Source: Candidatus Eiseniibacteriota bacterium
Lineage (GTDB): Bacteria; Eisenbacteria; RBG-16-71-46
Direction: 5' to 3'
Assembly: GCA_036845125.1 (NCBI GenBank)
Contig: DAIUEO010000007.1
Coordinates: 1-42,846 of the forward strand
Length of the DNA: 42,846 nucleotides
Of this stretch, positions 41,942 to 42,846 are shown in pieces; the stretch's first letter is position 1, and each line of letters begins with the position of its first letter. A program made the position numbers and the translations under genes. The notes under the pieces were generated by a model. The model saw nothing but the letters and a program-made list of their open reading frames with translations, made no database searches and was not told where the DNA came from.

Positions 41942-42846
41942 ATGGCGCCCGATTCTCCCATCGAAGCCCCTCGCCGCCGGCTTCCGGCATTCCTCCGCAT
42001 CCTGGGGCTGACGGCAGCCGTCCTGATCCTGTTGCCGGTACTGGCTCTCGTCATCCTCCAGTTCCCGTTGCCGGCCCGCGGCGCCGCCACCGCGCTGATC
42101 CGCGCGCTGCCGACTTCGCGCGGCGCGCGCGTCGAACTGGCCGGGGTGCGCGGGAGCTGGATCACGTCGCTCGCGCTGACCGGGCTCCGCGTGACGCGCG
42201 GCGACACGCTGCTGCTCGCGGCCGACACCCTCGCGATCTCTTACTCCCCGCTCGAGCTGCTGCGACGGCGCATCGTCCTGGGCCGGGTCGAGATCCACGG
42301 CGGGCACTACGCGCTCGCGCCGCCCGACTCCTCGGAGAAGAAGGAGCCGTCGCCGCCACGCCCCCCGGCGAGCTGGCTCACCGGCGGCTTCTACCTGGGC
42401 CTGCCGATCCGGGTCGGACGGATTTCGGTCTCGCGCTCGACGTTCGTCCGGCTCGACGATTCGACCGGCGCGCGCGCCGAGCAGATCCGCCTCGAGGCGC
42501 GCGGCTTGGCACTCGGCGGCGGCCCGGCCGCGGTCACGCTCGACACGCTGGGCGCGCGGCTCCGCCCCCCCGGCCCCCTCGACCGCTGGTGCACGCTCGG
42601 CGCCCGCGCGGATCTGAGCGCGGAACGGCTGGAGCTGCGATCGCTCCACCTCCTCAGCGACTCGAGCACCGTCCAGGGCTCCGGCACCGTGATGCTCGCC
42701 CGCGCGCCGCGCGACACCATCCGCGACGCGGTGTTCGTGCTCGACGCCCGGCCGCTCGATCTAGCGGTCCTCGCGCTCTTCGGACCCGGCCTCTGCGCGC
42801 ACGGCCGGGTCTTGACGCACGACGAGTTGCGCGGCGCCCGGGTCGA
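41942..42846 (+). CDS. N-terminal part of a TamB/AsmA-like membrane-anchored protein (partial, runs off the window)
   Basis: My own translation from ATG 41942 is open to the window end. It starts MAPDSPIEAPRRRLPAFLRILGLTAAVLILLPVLALVILQF (TM anchor), then …LAISYSPLELLRRRIVLGRVEIHGG…, a pattern typical of TamB N-termini. Third codon positions are strongly G/C. It is absent from the ORF track because no stop is reached. Confidence 0.55.
   Translation, partial: MAPDSPIEAPRRRLPAFLRILGLTAAVLILLPVLALVILQFPLPARGAATALIRALPTSRGARVELAGVRGSWITSLALTGLRVTRGDTLLLAADTLAISYSPLELLRRRIVLGRVEIHGGHYALAPPDSSEKKEPSPPRPPASWLTGGFYLGLPIRVGRISVSRSTFVRLDDSTGARAEQIRLEARGLALGGGPAAVTLDTLGARLRPPGPLDRWCTLGARADLSAERLELRSLHLLSDSSTVQGSGTVMLARAPRDTIRDAVFVLDARPLDLAVLALFGPGLCAHGRVLTHDELRGARV

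Noticed and set aside
40322-42649. 775-aa minus-strand ORF
   Set aside because: It is antisense to the clearly recognisable sigma-54 activator and the TamB-like gene. Its composition is Arg/Ala/Gly/Pro-dominated with no motifs. It is a typical shadow ORF of high-G+C DNA.
1-42846. CRISPR arrays, tRNA/rRNA genes, IS elements, integrases
   Set aside because: I saw no regularly spaced direct repeats, no cloverleaf-like or rRNA-like segments, and no transposase or integrase motifs in any credible ORF. Absence by eye is not proof.

Overview
This is a 42.8-kb window from a very high-G+C diderm bacterium. Sampled lines give roughly 70-78% G+C. Outer-membrane beta-barrel proteins, a TamB/AsmA-like protein and a T9SS/FlgD-Ig-like C-terminal domain indicate a diderm; the phylum cannot be told by eye. 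I saw no rRNA, tRNA, CRISPR array, transposase or integrase.

The most unusual part is the left edge (1 to about 3540). G+C drops abruptly there to roughly 45-55%, and the island carries one minus-strand operon joined by 4-nt start/stop overlaps. Its genes are a phosphoribosyltransferase (PRTase)-like gene that appears split by a frameshift, a 636-aa P-loop ATPase and a 199-aa orphan protein. I flag this operon as a candidate conflict or anti-phage system. Whether it is already named needs a database search.

The rest of the window, left to right:
- a frameshifted isochorismatase-family pseudogene
- a four-gene overlapping operon: secreted alpha/beta hydrolase, membrane protein, LytS-type kinase, LytTR regulator
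- an amidohydrolase
- a BlaI/BlaR1-like module in which the M56 protease carries HEAT repeats; a secreted HEAT paralogue follows, both promoters share a 17-nt operator-like sequence, and both proteins end in a PWPWP...PRP tail
- a 12.9-kb minus-strand operon of DUF11/Ig-like surface proteins (168, 866, 1575 and 1639 aa), including a protein with a very large predicted C-terminal beta-barrel
- a secreted beta-helix protein with a T9SS-like C-terminal domain
- chrA with a rhodanese/ChrB-type partner and a divergent CDGSH Fe-S protein
- a hybrid histidine kinase
- cysteine synthase
- small stress proteins (CsbD, lmo0937-like)
- a diacylglycerol-kinase/PAP2 fusion
- two small divergent OMP genes
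- a histidine kinase with a sigma-54-dependent regulator
- a TamB-like gene cut by the window end

Many long ORFs in the track are antisense shadow ORFs typical of high-G+C DNA and were rejected. Gene starts were chosen from Shine-Dalgarno motifs and 4-nt overlaps and remain predictions. All functional calls rest on motifs recognised by eye, not on searches.
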